This document shows, piece by piece, positions 12,901-21,100 of a stretch of DNA of 52,522 bases. The stretch lies in assembly GCA_031411715.1 (NCBI GenBank), contig JANOBP010000515.1:1-52522 (forward strand), in the 5' to 3' direction. Position 1 is the first letter of the stretch. Every line of letters begins with the position of its first letter. The notes beneath the pieces are model-generated. The model did not search any database. It was not told the origin of the DNA and was given only the letters and a program-made list of their open reading frames with translations. Source of the DNA: Verrucomicrobiaceae bacterium. GTDB taxonomy: Bacteria; Verrucomicrobiota; Verrucomicrobiia; Verrucomicrobiales; Verrucomicrobiaceae. The translations under genes were made by a program, and so were the position numbers.

Positions 12901-13046
12901 AACACGTACGGCACCCTCCCGCCTGGCCAGCACATGTCCCCCGGCACCTGGTTGTACTTGATGGCCCCAGCAAAGGCCTCCGAAACCAACATGCTGGAAA
13001 CAACGGCCGCGATGCCAAAAACTTGAAGTAAACGCATCCAAGCCAC
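6915..13046 (-). CDS. Giant secreted astacin-family (M12A) metallopeptidase with carboxypeptidase-regulatory-like and Ig-like domains, a propeller region, two tandem repeat modules and a verrucomicrobial C-terminal domain
   Basis: Signal peptide ending AFA (start GTG 13046 or ATG 13037); WPGGRVPY, HEMGHMLGFIHEQCRSDR, YDYDSMMHY astacin signature; TDINGEYAFKGVPVGNYRVKATKAGY; several DxxxP...Y.V...A.D.xGN Ig units; I-set-like YQWRK...NAGRYSCIVTN; C-terminal ADPNKDGINNLLGFAL...RFMRVRV. Confidence 0.9.
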   Translation of the reverse strand: MAWMRLLQVFGIAAVVSSMLVSEAFAGAIKYNQVPGDMCWPGGRVPYVFKDDVSEEKRDVFRLAARAWQQFGNLKFVPTTQSGFHQSPDGNFVEVQTNDLRFFEIVKDVNYAWIGRSGNIGFPNALMQPMSIHNWKGSILAHEMGHMLGFIHEQCRSDRNTYVELNLWNAIPTTNINFDIAQATLHTDYDYDSMMHYDRLAFKLPWLSKDHLTMWAKPPNELKTGTMGTTPNYQFIGDLGTPVGNITAFFSAGDRETIQEVYGPSITVKGKVRLNSGWVFPGVKVELIGNGTDETHFTNLLTETGERVVFTDINGEYAFKGVPVGNYRVKATKAGYTFLLADTPIYTGTTSPMVQDFIVTNAGDNRPPEIRITNPSDTVHQHFSGAFGFGATYLNGIRGTTADPYGIGVSAVQIVMSSNGRWWKWVPGEFDPPGQLNESTHIRTIGVPGGAPLPGEWQLFASGDLPTTMPNATYVVQVRACDMEGNWSPWAEQLATFTIDSVAPAATIDPVAGGGAVIFDFGTANLGGTFTEAGDPEPDVFMTIKGTNAAGGDVVYWNGADWVPSVNDGKLGVSIEAGRWAPKEGVLPPRKALRERIKFEVTITAKDAATNEFTVTSPTYLLTALDTTEPDVAFFPSFHGARYAEHAMPALTGAATDGESQVQGVELYLMRFVPGMGGAPNSFQYWNGEEWSTTPGHLDVEYDEADYSWEAPGLGYRLPAGAAELPDGTYKVAVTAHNRESPQGTRYLEETFYIATAPPRVSITTPAHNGFVKQGWSIGGTATDYSGTGFSQDRVNLTLSSSAGFWNGSGWQASSVALEVPIQPDGTWTYPGTIPGASLPPGETQYALSASVMDRNGNISLPVAGGLAGNNQILFRVDTTPPTCVIVSPLNNAVITQSPLLASSFNGTATDSSGQPQVTLFVKRLSDNYYWTGSMWTTNTTQAIMPGVYAGPQSEAWALQKSFPCLNRYFWGMQNGNYELIAIARDLAGNQTQRSANLVINYNPVWLAPQDLLARVQPKQTAPITSGLGTTQVHNTTPWLAGQPGNGGNVYPVSFTADSQGRYFVTNGLTERVFYGNGNTRDITHGVIQRIGEGAWRRQRTTYSETSGPTINYYEQWSPGGPAIQISNYEAGIYRAEIAKAKTDAAGNTYAAFNLLQYTSYNSPSFYYLSHVMLVKFDADGNLVWRRVLPEMGPLLPPSGWLDRCQVSAIELHADGAVSVVIDNTSSYHPSIYYQNTVVARVSPTGVAQAYTRLGSQGSPYELSAPLYSTSDASGNTYVITRDGTEGAGYSRQVLRKIGSDGSILATLETSLCVAPQYWEALSTDAAGNVYVLSTFELGNDDGRCCVTKYDSSLNQVWRRFGPERSVYIDPYSGPTGGDYRFHVGSQGVTVSHSAPASLQSEYPDAHPLVLRFSLSGDLLWTRAIAKTDTSVYGTDGLSLLNVTPAGDVLFFGWFSLGNSMAQSIYGKISNTGDLQFYMNQTDPWGVSLTTLLPDNRLAALHSSGYSLSPSGEQRVLIYDNPANVAIPVTLDSALPGSRTVASGVTVELKVINRGSAGTYQWRKEDGLGVPQNISGATGDALVLTNVQSANAGRYSCIVTNSLGSATSRTAVLTVLQPTTLDVALDTPGRTWTTGGDLPWSGFLAPSPNRDGVDAAASGSIGDNQSSWVETVVTGPLEVKFWWKISAEYQYDTLSFTVNGTQVGTSISWEQDWIQVTHTVGAGQHTLRWTYARDSTGGGGQNKAWLDSFTTVVPPITVALPEALDTSLTLTTGGNAVWRGIGPTPSHDGVDAAVSGDIGNSQQSWMETTVTGPGTLTYWWKVSSESGYDYLEFYRNSALQTGRISGNVDWQLKTYTIPAGTQTLRWRYMKDNIFDGGLDLAWVDQVVWTPDAATFNSWQTSKFNSTQLADPLISGPEADPNKDGINNLLGFALGLDPLAAGVTLADVQSNGMSGTGPTDHLILTLTLPDPLPGGITYIIEAANSESLSTWTPIATRTSATAWTGTGTVIQDAPINSLRVVRFHDIVNQGAADSRFMRVRVTSP

Positions 13047-13189
13047 TAATACTCCCTGCGGGGAATCTCAACGCCTAATTGGAGTGACGGCACCGCGCGA
13101 AAAAAGGATACGGAAAAAGAAATGTGCCGGACTCCAGCCCCCAGCCCCAGTTCCAACGACTCCACCGCCGCCACCAACGCATTGCAAAC

Positions 13190-13232
13190 CCCGCCCCGGG
13201 TGTGCGTCCTCCCGCCCCGGATGTGCGCCTCC
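13190..13232. repeat. Two-copy 21-nt tandem repeat in intergenic DNA
   Basis: CCCGCCCCGGGTGTGCGTCCT followed by CCCGCCCCGGATGTGCGCCTCC. Confidence 0.7.
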
Positions 13233-13551
13233 ATTCCGCAAACTCATGCCTAAACCCTGTGAAGGGCAGAAAGGGCTACTCGGAGTGCCATCCTCGCTCC
13301 CGTCCGTCCAGCCCGCGCTCCCAAGAGCGCCAGCCGGAAAACTCCAGCCAGAACAAGGCCCCCATCGGGAAATCAAAGCGCTCCGAAGGAAAACAAAACG
13401 CCTGGCATGAAAGCACCCAAGGATTGACTTCCGGCGGCATTCCCGCTTCCATCGGCCCATTCCTAATAGTCCTTCCTTTTCGTGAACAGCCCCCTTTCAC
13501 CGCCACTCAACCCGGTTATTCCACAAAAAACGTTAGGCGACTGAGCGCTCC

Positions 13552-13818
13552 ATGCTTGCCAAATCTAAATTCGGATGGCTATTCTGGCTCGGCGCACTTG
13601 TCTGGGTGTTCCTATTCTATCTTGCGCTCGCCACCGGTGTCATATCTTTACTCTTCGATCCCCCGAAACTCGTTCGCTATATCATTCAGCTTAACTCCTT
13701 TGAAGGCGTCCAACCGAGTATTCATAACATTGGCGTAACTGTCGCCGGGGATAGTCTGCTGATCCTATTCATTGCGAGCGGTGCTTATTGCCTTCGAGTT
13801 TGTTTGCGTGCCCGATGA
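13552..13818 (+). CDS. Small hypothetical membrane protein (2 predicted TM helices)
   Basis: ATG start; two hydrophobic stretches (FGWLFWLGALVWVFLFYLALATGVISLLF; SLLILFIASGAYCL); visibly more AT-rich than neighbours; no family recognised. Confidence 0.5.
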   Translation: MLAKSKFGWLFWLGALVWVFLFYLALATGVISLLFDPPKLVRYIIQLNSFEGVQPSIHNIGVTVAGDSLLILFIASGAYCLRVCLRAR

Positions 13819-13832
13819 ACCAAACGTCTCCT

Positions 13833-15671
13833 ATGAAAACAGCGATTCTCGTTCTCTTGGCGGTTGTTCAGCCAGCGCTTTATGCCGCTACCTACCGCGT
13901 CTCCGAGAACGTGGTGGATGTCACCAAGCCGCCCTATTCTGCAAAGGCCGATGGGGTGTCCGATGACACCGAAGCGCTTCAACGCGCCATCAATGAGCAC
14001 ACCGGGCGGCATCGCATTCTCTACTTCCCGCGCGGCACCTACCTCGTGAGCGCCACGCTGAAGTGGCCTAAAAAGTTTGGCGGACGGGACAATTGGGGAA
14101 AGACGTTTCTTTGCGGTGAGTCGCGCGAGGCGAGCACCATCCGGCTCAAGGACGGGACGTTCACCGATGCGAAAAAGCCCGAGGCCATCATGTGGTGCGG
14201 GGGCTTCGGCTCGGCGGATTGGTTCCACAATTACGTCGAGAACCTGACCTTCGATGTCGGCGCGGGGAATCCAGGCGCGGTGGCGCTCCAGTTTTACTCC
14301 AACAACTCCGGCGCGGTGCGGGACTGCCGTTTCGTGGCGTGCGCGGGCAGCGGACACACCGGGCTCGACCTCGCGCATCGCGACATGAACGGCCCGTTGC
14401 TCGTGCGTAACTGCGAGGTCATCGGCTTCCGGCGCGGCATCGCCACGGCACGGGCGGTGAACGGGCAGGTTTTCGAGCACATCATCCTGCGTGGGCAGAC
14501 CGAAGTGGGTTTTGCCAACGAGGGGCAGGCAATTAGCATCCGTGGCTTCCAGAGCGACAGCACCGTGCCCGCGCTCACTACCTACGGCACCCTGTGCCTG
14601 CTGGATGCCAAACTCACCGGCACCGGTGATGCCGCCAAGAAGCCGGCCATCGTGAATTTCAACGGAGGGCGCATTTTCCTGCGCGACGTGAAGACGACCG
14701 GCTACGCCCGCGCGCTGGGCGATGTCTCGCATACGCCGGATTCCGGCGCGGCGTATCGTCTGCGTGGCGAGGACAAGCCCGGCAGCCTAGGTCCAGACAT
14801 TGCGGAGTATTGCTCGCATCCCGCGACGAGTCCGTTTCCCTCGCCCGCGCAATCGCTCCGACTGCCCGTAAAGGAAACGCCCGAAGTGCCGCGCGACGAC
14901 CCAAAGACTTGGGCAGACGTCAACGACTTCGGCGCGGACCCGACGGGCAAGGCCGACTCCGCTACCGCCATTCAGAAAGCGATGGACTCGGGGGCGACCA
15001 CGGTTTTTCTCCCCGGCAACTATGCCCTTAAAAGCACGGTCATCATCCGCGGCAAAGTGCGCCGCGTGGTCGGCACCGGCGGGATGATTGATTACACCTC
15101 GCAGGTGAAGCCCGACTTTCGCCTCGTGGATGGTGACGCGCCGGTGGTCATGCTGGAGCACTTCGCCTACATCCACGGCGGACTTGAGGTGGACACCCGC
15201 CGCACGCTCGTCCTGCGCAGCGTCGCCGACTGCGACCTCACGAGCACCAAGCGGGCGGAGGGATCGGAGTGGTTCTTCGAGGATGTCGTGACGCACAACC
15301 TCGTTCTGGGGAGGCAAAAACTGTGGGCGCGGCAACTCAACATCGAGAACCAAGGCACCCACCTCCTCAACGACGCTGGTGACGTGTGGATTCTCGGCTA
15401 CAAGACCGAGCGTGGCGGCACCCTCCTCAACACTCGCAGCGGCGGGCGCAGCGAAATCCTCGGCGGTTTCAGCTACACCACGACGGCGGGCAAACTCGCG
15501 CCCATGTTCGTGAACACCGACTCCTCGGTGTGGGCGTTTTTCAACGAGGTCTGCTACAACGGCGACCCGTTCCTAGTGCGCATCTCGGAGACACGCGGCA
15601 CCGAGGCAAAGACATTGGGCAAGGACGACGGGCACACTGCGCCGTATTCTGGCCGCTCCCCAAAGCGCTGA
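13833..15671 (+). CDS. Secreted right-handed beta-helix glycan-active enzyme (Pectate_lyase_3 / GH28-GH55-related)
   Basis: Signal peptide MKTAILVLLAVVQPALYA from ATG 13833; two helix-cap motifs DVTKPPYSAKADGVSDDTEALQRAI..LYFPRGTYLVS and DVNDFGADPTGKADSATAIQKAM..VFLPGNY. Confidence 0.85.
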   Translation: MKTAILVLLAVVQPALYAATYRVSENVVDVTKPPYSAKADGVSDDTEALQRAINEHTGRHRILYFPRGTYLVSATLKWPKKFGGRDNWGKTFLCGESREASTIRLKDGTFTDAKKPEAIMWCGGFGSADWFHNYVENLTFDVGAGNPGAVALQFYSNNSGAVRDCRFVACAGSGHTGLDLAHRDMNGPLLVRNCEVIGFRRGIATARAVNGQVFEHIILRGQTEVGFANEGQAISIRGFQSDSTVPALTTYGTLCLLDAKLTGTGDAAKKPAIVNFNGGRIFLRDVKTTGYARALGDVSHTPDSGAAYRLRGEDKPGSLGPDIAEYCSHPATSPFPSPAQSLRLPVKETPEVPRDDPKTWADVNDFGADPTGKADSATAIQKAMDSGATTVFLPGNYALKSTVIIRGKVRRVVGTGGMIDYTSQVKPDFRLVDGDAPVVMLEHFAYIHGGLEVDTRRTLVLRSVADCDLTSTKRAEGSEWFFEDVVTHNLVLGRQKLWARQLNIENQGTHLLNDAGDVWILGYKTERGGTLLNTRSGGRSEILGGFSYTTTAGKLAPMFVNTDSSVWAFFNEVCYNGDPFLVRISETRGTEAKTLGKDDGHTAPYSGRSPKR

Positions 15672-15836
15672 ATGGATTCGGGACTAGGTGACTGAGGATC
15701 ACGCTTTGGGATCCACAATGACGCCGTTGGTGAGAGTCGCGACGGGCGTCCCGGCACCTAATCCGCATTTCTCACACGCCCACCTGGAATCGAAACAGAG
15801 TGTTTACAGGAAAGCAACGCTCACAGAGTCAGAGTC

Positions 15837-16036
15837 CACACCGCAGAGCATCGGGACGCCGTGTGATTGGGGTGTGGGGCAGGGAGTCACTTTCCGTTGG
15901 TGAAAGAGGGTGGGTAAAAGATCAGAAAAAATGGTTCCCCATCTTTTACCCCCAATCTTTTACCAGCCAGGTTATTCGGGAGAAAGGCGGCCCTCTGTAA
16001 AAGGATTCTCTGCGGTGTTCTCGACTCTGCGGTGTG
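15837..16036. repeat. Nested inverted-repeat element
   Basis: Outer CACACCGCAGAG (15837-15848) with reverse complement at 16025-16036 and a second copy at 16008-16018; inner GGGTAAAAGAT (15912-15922) with reverse complement at 15941-15951 and a second copy at 15955-15964. Confidence 0.8.
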
Positions 16037-16335
16037 AGAAGTCCGGGCTAACAACTCCGGTGATGCCCCCAGCAAAACAACAGCCACCCACCCACCGCGA
16101 CTGCCGCCTCGCGGAATAGTCACACCGTCAACGATCACTCCCAGGTGCGTGTAAACCGACGTTTGTGTTGCCGTACTCCAACATCGGAGTGTAAAACGAC
16201 ACTCATGGACGCTCCAGCCCGTAGTATTCCCATACATCCGTCGGATCTAAAGCTGCTGACAAACCTCACGATGTGTGAATGATCTTCAATGTTGCCCAAC
16301 CATCAGCACCCTGAGCCAACCACCAACATAAAACG

Positions 16336-16749
16336 ATGAAAACACCACACTTTGACGATAATGGATGCGACGACTCCACTTTCTGGCCGTTTACGATTGA
16401 GGATCGCCGCGATGGTGACGAGCCAGATGTCCGATTAGCGTTCGGTGATTTTGAGATCCTTGAGGAGACCGTTGGGATTCCCCCAGAAGACTATGAACTC
16501 AACGGCCATGACATGGCCGACATGATGAGCAGCATTATTGATGACAACAGACTGATTCAGCATCCCCACGGAACGTATGAGGGCGGCTATTTTGACAACT
16601 GCGAGTCAAACACCTGCTACTTCCACTTCAACCATCTAGATGACGCGGTCAGAGTTGCTGAGTTTTGTCTTGATCTATTCAAGGACAAGACACGATTGGC
16701 TCCCTTTTTTCCTGGAAGCGGCACAAGCGAAGAGGGTGACGACCACTGA
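16336..16749 (+). CDS. Acidic hypothetical protein resembling Imm51-family immunity proteins
   Basis: 137 aa, very acidic; WPF...ELNGHDM...FDNCESNTCYF resembles, from memory, the Imm51 pattern PF...EGNGYDW...FDPEAGMFCAY; A-rich leader before the ATG. Confidence 0.55.
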   Translation: MKTPHFDDNGCDDSTFWPFTIEDRRDGDEPDVRLAFGDFEILEETVGIPPEDYELNGHDMADMMSSIIDDNRLIQHPHGTYEGGYFDNCESNTCYFHFNHLDDAVRVAEFCLDLFKDKTRLAPFFPGSGTSEEGDDH

Positions 16750-16796
16750 AGAACACCCCGGAGCCGCTACGGCACAACAGCAGACGAACGGACATG

Positions 16797-16826
16797 GTTA
16801 TCATTGCGCGAAGCCGCGATGATAAC
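16797..16826. other. Hairpin between convergent genes (possible terminator or repeat)
   Basis: GTTATCATTGCG-CGAAGC-CGCGATGATAAC, 12-bp stem with one G.U; no U-tract. Confidence 0.5.
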
Positions 16827-17008
16827 GGTTGTTGGACGATTCGCGGTCGGGTGGTCTTCGACTTACTCCTTGGGGAAAGCTTTTTGCCGCTTCGGCTTGC
16901 GCGATTGATTGAAGCTGCGGTTGTTTCGGCAGTTGGACTTCGGCACCGCGGGCATGATGCGGCGCGGCGGGCGGGGCAGGGGATTGGAGTGGTTGGCGGA
17001 CCGGACGA

Positions 17009-17992
17009 CTACAGCGTCAATTCCAACTGATCCACGGCACCCAAGGCACGCGCGTCATATCCACGCGCACGCAGTTCGGCGGCGAATTCACGGGTGAAGC
17101 CGTGCACGAGGTAAATGCGCTTGGGTTTGACGATTTCGACCGTCTCCAGCAGCTCGGGGTGATCGGCGTGATCGCTGAGCGGAAACACTTCATCCACGCC
17201 GTAGCGGAACTTCGCACTCGGATCCAGCGCCCAGCCGCTGGCCATGGCGTAGCGGCAGTGGGGCAGGGAGAGCTTCTTCCCCGGCGGAAACACCAGCGCG
17301 TGGCCACGGACTTCATTCGCGTCAAACAATCGCCACTGCGGCAGCTCGCCGAGATGCGGCTGAAGCACCTGCGTCATCTGCGCCACGGATGGATGCACCA
17401 TCACGGGCACTTCCAGGCCATGCAGCAGGCTGAGCAGCTCCTGCGCCTTGCCCAGCGAGTAACCGAGCAGTACCGGCACGCATCCATCTACCAGCGCTTG
17501 CTCCACAAACTCATGCATCGCCACGCGCACCTCATGCAGCGGTGGAAAGCGATACTTGGGCAGGCCAAACGTCGTCTCCATGATCAGTGTGTCCGCCTGC
17601 ATCAACTGGCACGCTGCCGCGCTCAATCCCTGACGCAGCTTGTAGTCACCGGTGTAGAGCAAGGTGGCCCCATCGGCCTTCCGCGTGAGATGCAGCATCG
17701 CTGAGCCCGCGATGTGGCCGGCATGCAACAGCCGCAGTTCCCAGCCTTCCCATTCATGCACCGCACCAAACTCCGGCGAGACGACCACGCCGGCTTTTTT
17801 AGCCGTTTTGCGAGCCACCATGAGCTGATGCGTGATTTCCGAGCAAAACGTCAGCTCATGCCGCGCGACGTGATCACTGTGCGCATGCGAAACAAACGCT
17901 CGCGCCTTGCCGTGATGCGGATCCAGCCACAGATCCGCCTCAGGGAGGTAAATTCCCTTTGGATGAGTGACTTCGATGAGGGCGGGGATCAT
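17009..17992 (-). CDS. Metallo-beta-lactamase/beta-CASP nuclease (SNM1/Pso2-like, ligase-associated exonuclease type)
   Basis: LWLDP, FVSHAHSDH, AGHIAGSA, LLYTGDYK, LIMETTFGLP, GYSLGKAQ, FPLSDHADH, LVHGF; start set at ATG 17992. Confidence 0.9.
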   Translation of the reverse strand: MIPALIEVTHPKGIYLPEADLWLDPHHGKARAFVSHAHSDHVARHELTFCSEITHQLMVARKTAKKAGVVVSPEFGAVHEWEGWELRLLHAGHIAGSAMLHLTRKADGATLLYTGDYKLRQGLSAAACQLMQADTLIMETTFGLPKYRFPPLHEVRVAMHEFVEQALVDGCVPVLLGYSLGKAQELLSLLHGLEVPVMVHPSVAQMTQVLQPHLGELPQWRLFDANEVRGHALVFPPGKKLSLPHCRYAMASGWALDPSAKFRYGVDEVFPLSDHADHPELLETVEIVKPKRIYLVHGFTREFAAELRARGYDARALGAVDQLELTL

Positions 17993-18112
17993 GCGTGAGA
18001 GTTGGCCTGTAGCACGGAGGATGCGGATTGTCCTCAGCTCTCGCACAAGCACGGCGGCTGTGAATGCGGCTTGTCTCGGCAGGCAGGCTGCACAGTTTCA
18101 TCCACCACACTC

Positions 18113-21100
18113 ATGGCCACGGCACAGGACATCGCCCTCACCACCCACCAGCACCAGATTTTGGGAACGGTGCTGGAGGGTTGTGACGACATGGCTCTGC
18201 CGCGAGGTGCCGTGCTGATGCGCGAGCGTGCGGTGCGGAGCGTGACGTGGGTGGCCCTGGGTGAGGTGCTGGAAGCAAAGGTGCAGGACGAGTTCCTCTG
18301 CACCACACGCTTGTGCTTTGTCGCAGATTCGGTGGAAACGCACTGCACCTGCAAAGCCGGGAAGATCTGCCAGCACGTCGTCGCCTTGATGTTGGAGCTG
18401 CGTAAAAATGCCCGCCGCGCCAACGTCCCCACGGGTCCCAGCCAGCAGGCTGCCGCCTTCGCCGCGCCGGACCCAGCCTCGCTAGCGGGTCTCGTCGCGG
18501 CCAAGTTGGACAAGCCGCTGCCTTTGCCGAAGGCTGCGGTGGATTTTCTGACGGCCACGGAGGGCCTTTGGCAGCGTAAAATCCAGCGCGTTGAGCAGTC
18601 CTACCTGCATCAGCTCTGCGGCACGCAGAGCCACTGGGGCCATATGCAGATCGAGCTGTATCCGCAGGATTTGCCACCGCAGACGGTCTGGGAATTCCTA
18701 GCGTATCTGGCGGCCGCCGTCCGCAGGTGCCAGCTCACGCTGCCAGAGCCTCTGTCAGAGGCGGTGGATGCCAAGCTGCAAAAAGAACTCCTCACCCGAT
18801 GGGATCGACTCCATGAAATCACCAAGTGGCGGCTGTCATTGGGCAGTTGGCAGGATTCCACGCTCACCCATGTCCAGGAAGCGCCGGAACTGCGGCTGCA
18901 GATGTATCCTGGCGGTGTCGTCATTCAGGTCCGTCATCCGGGAGAGGAAGGTTACGTCAAAGCGACGCAAAAGCTGCTCAAGCAACTCTCCACGAAATCC
19001 TACGCGCAGCCAACGCCTCAACTCAGCGCGGGTTCCAGCATCGTGCTGCATGCAGCGGTGGACAGCTTTGGACGCATCCAAAACCCAGAGATCGAGCCGA
19101 TGTCTGAGCTGCTGAACAAAAGCCTCACCCAGCTCGCCAGCAGCCAAGAGCTGTTTCACTCCCATGTCATCGGCTCTGACGGTGAGCCGCTCCACTTTGT
19201 GGATGAAGCTCTGCGCTGGGAGCTGACTCCGCCGACGGATGACACGGGCGACTACGCACTGCGCCTCCTCAATGAACAAGGCGTGGCCCCGCCACCTCCA
19301 CTGGCCATCCTGCGAGGCAGTCCGCTGCGCTACGTGACCAGTGAGCTTGTTTACACACTGCCCTATTGGCCCTTTGGCAAGGAACGCATGAAATGGCCGG
19401 TGAGCATCCCCGCCGCTGCGTTGGAGACGCGGGAAGGCGTCAGCGCACTGGGCAAGCTGGGCGTCGAGGTACCGCAGCGCCTCGCTGGCAAGGTGCGCCT
19501 CGTCAAAGCGGACATCCAGGTCCGTTGCAAGCTGCATCGCCCAATGGGCACCAGCAGCGAGTACCTGCGCATCAAAGGGCGCGCCACTTTCGACGGCATC
19601 CAGGAGCCGAGCGACTGGAACAGCAGCAACTGGCAGGCCAACCACTCGCAGCGAACCAAGTCTGACCGACCGAAAGACGATTATGTGCAGATCGACAAAT
19701 CCGTTATGCCTGCCGCAGGGGCCTGGCTGCGACAGTTGCCACTGAAAGTCGCCGAGCATCTCGCGCACGAGATTTGGGTCGAGCAGCGCATTCAGGGTAA
19801 AGACTGGCCGGAACTCTTCCTCGCCTGGCTCGACCGCCGGCCCAAGGGCATCACCGTCGAGCTGGATGCCGAGCTCGCCAGTCTGCGTGAAGGAAAAGTC
19901 GCTGGCAAAGTGCGGCTCGACATCGAGGAATCCAAGAACGGCATCGACTGGTTCGACCTCACCGTTGCACTGGACGTCAGTGATCACAGTTTGAGCCAGG
20001 AAGAGATCGATCTGCTGCTCAAAGCCAAAGGTAAATGGGTGCGCATCGTCGGCAAAGGCTGGCGCAAGCTCGACTATCAGCTCAGCGATGAGCAGCTCCA
20101 GGAACTCGCCGAGCTCGGCCTCGCTACCAACGACTTCAGCCCCGAAAAACAGCAGCTTCACGCCCTCCAGCTCGGGCGGCTGGCCAAGAACACCACCCTC
20201 CTCACCGCCGACCGCGTGGAGCAGGTACAGCGCCGCGTGGAGGAAATCCAGACCCGCGTCACACCCGCTGCGCCCGCCGTGATCACCGCCACCATGCGGC
20301 CTTATCAGCTCGAAGGCTTTCATTTCCTCGCCTACCTCACCGCCAACCGCTTCGGCGGTGTGCTGGCGGATGACATGGGCCTCGGCAAGACCTTGCAGGC
20401 GCTCGCCTGGATCGCGTGGCTGCGCGGTGAGAAAAAAGTCAGCGATCCCGTGCTCGTCGTCTGTCCCAAGTCCGTGCAGGACAACTGGCGGGCCGAGTGC
20501 GCCAAATTCTTTCCCCAACTCAAAGTCGAGGTCTGGAACCGTGCCACAGCCGGCAAAACCGGGCTCAGTGGTGAAAGCGACCTCCTCGTCATTCACTACG
20601 CCCAGCTCCGCATTCACGAAGAGCCCATTCGCAAGGTCCAGTGGGGCGCGGTGATCCTCGATGAAGCGCAGGCCATCAAAAACCCCACCTCGCAGAACTC
20701 GCGAGCTGCGTGTGCGCTCATCGCCCCACATCGCCTCGCACTCACCGGCACGCCGATTGAAAACCGCTTGCTCGACCTGTGGTCCATCTTCGCCTTCGCC
20801 ATGCCTGGAGTGCTGGGCAACCGCAGTAGCTTCACCAAGAATTTCGACGGCAAAGACGATCCCCTGGCCCGCCGCCGTCTTGCAGCCCGCACGAGGCCTT
20901 TTTTGCTCCGCCGCACCAAAAACGAGGTCGCCAAAGATCTCCCTGACCGCATCGAAGAAGATCTCATCATCGAGCTCGAAGGCACGCAGGCCACGTTATA
21001 CCAAGCAGAGCTCAAGCGAGCCCGCGCACAGCTCTTGAAGGCCGAAACCAGCAAGCAGCTCGACAAACTGCGCTTCAACATCCTCACCAGTCTTTTGCGG

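Noticed and set aside
13068-13506. Several overlapping 76-204 aa ORFs upstream of the astacin gene
   Set aside because: Low-complexity, mutually overlapping and without motifs; more likely a non-coding regulatory region.
15688-16237. Short ORFs in the gap, considered as a possible toxin remnant for the Imm51-like gene
   Set aside because: The frames examined gave no recognisable toxin motif and are interrupted by stops.
18836-20731. 631 aa minus-strand ORF inside the SNF2 gene
   Set aside because: Antisense shadow of a well-supported high-GC gene; no recognisable motifs.
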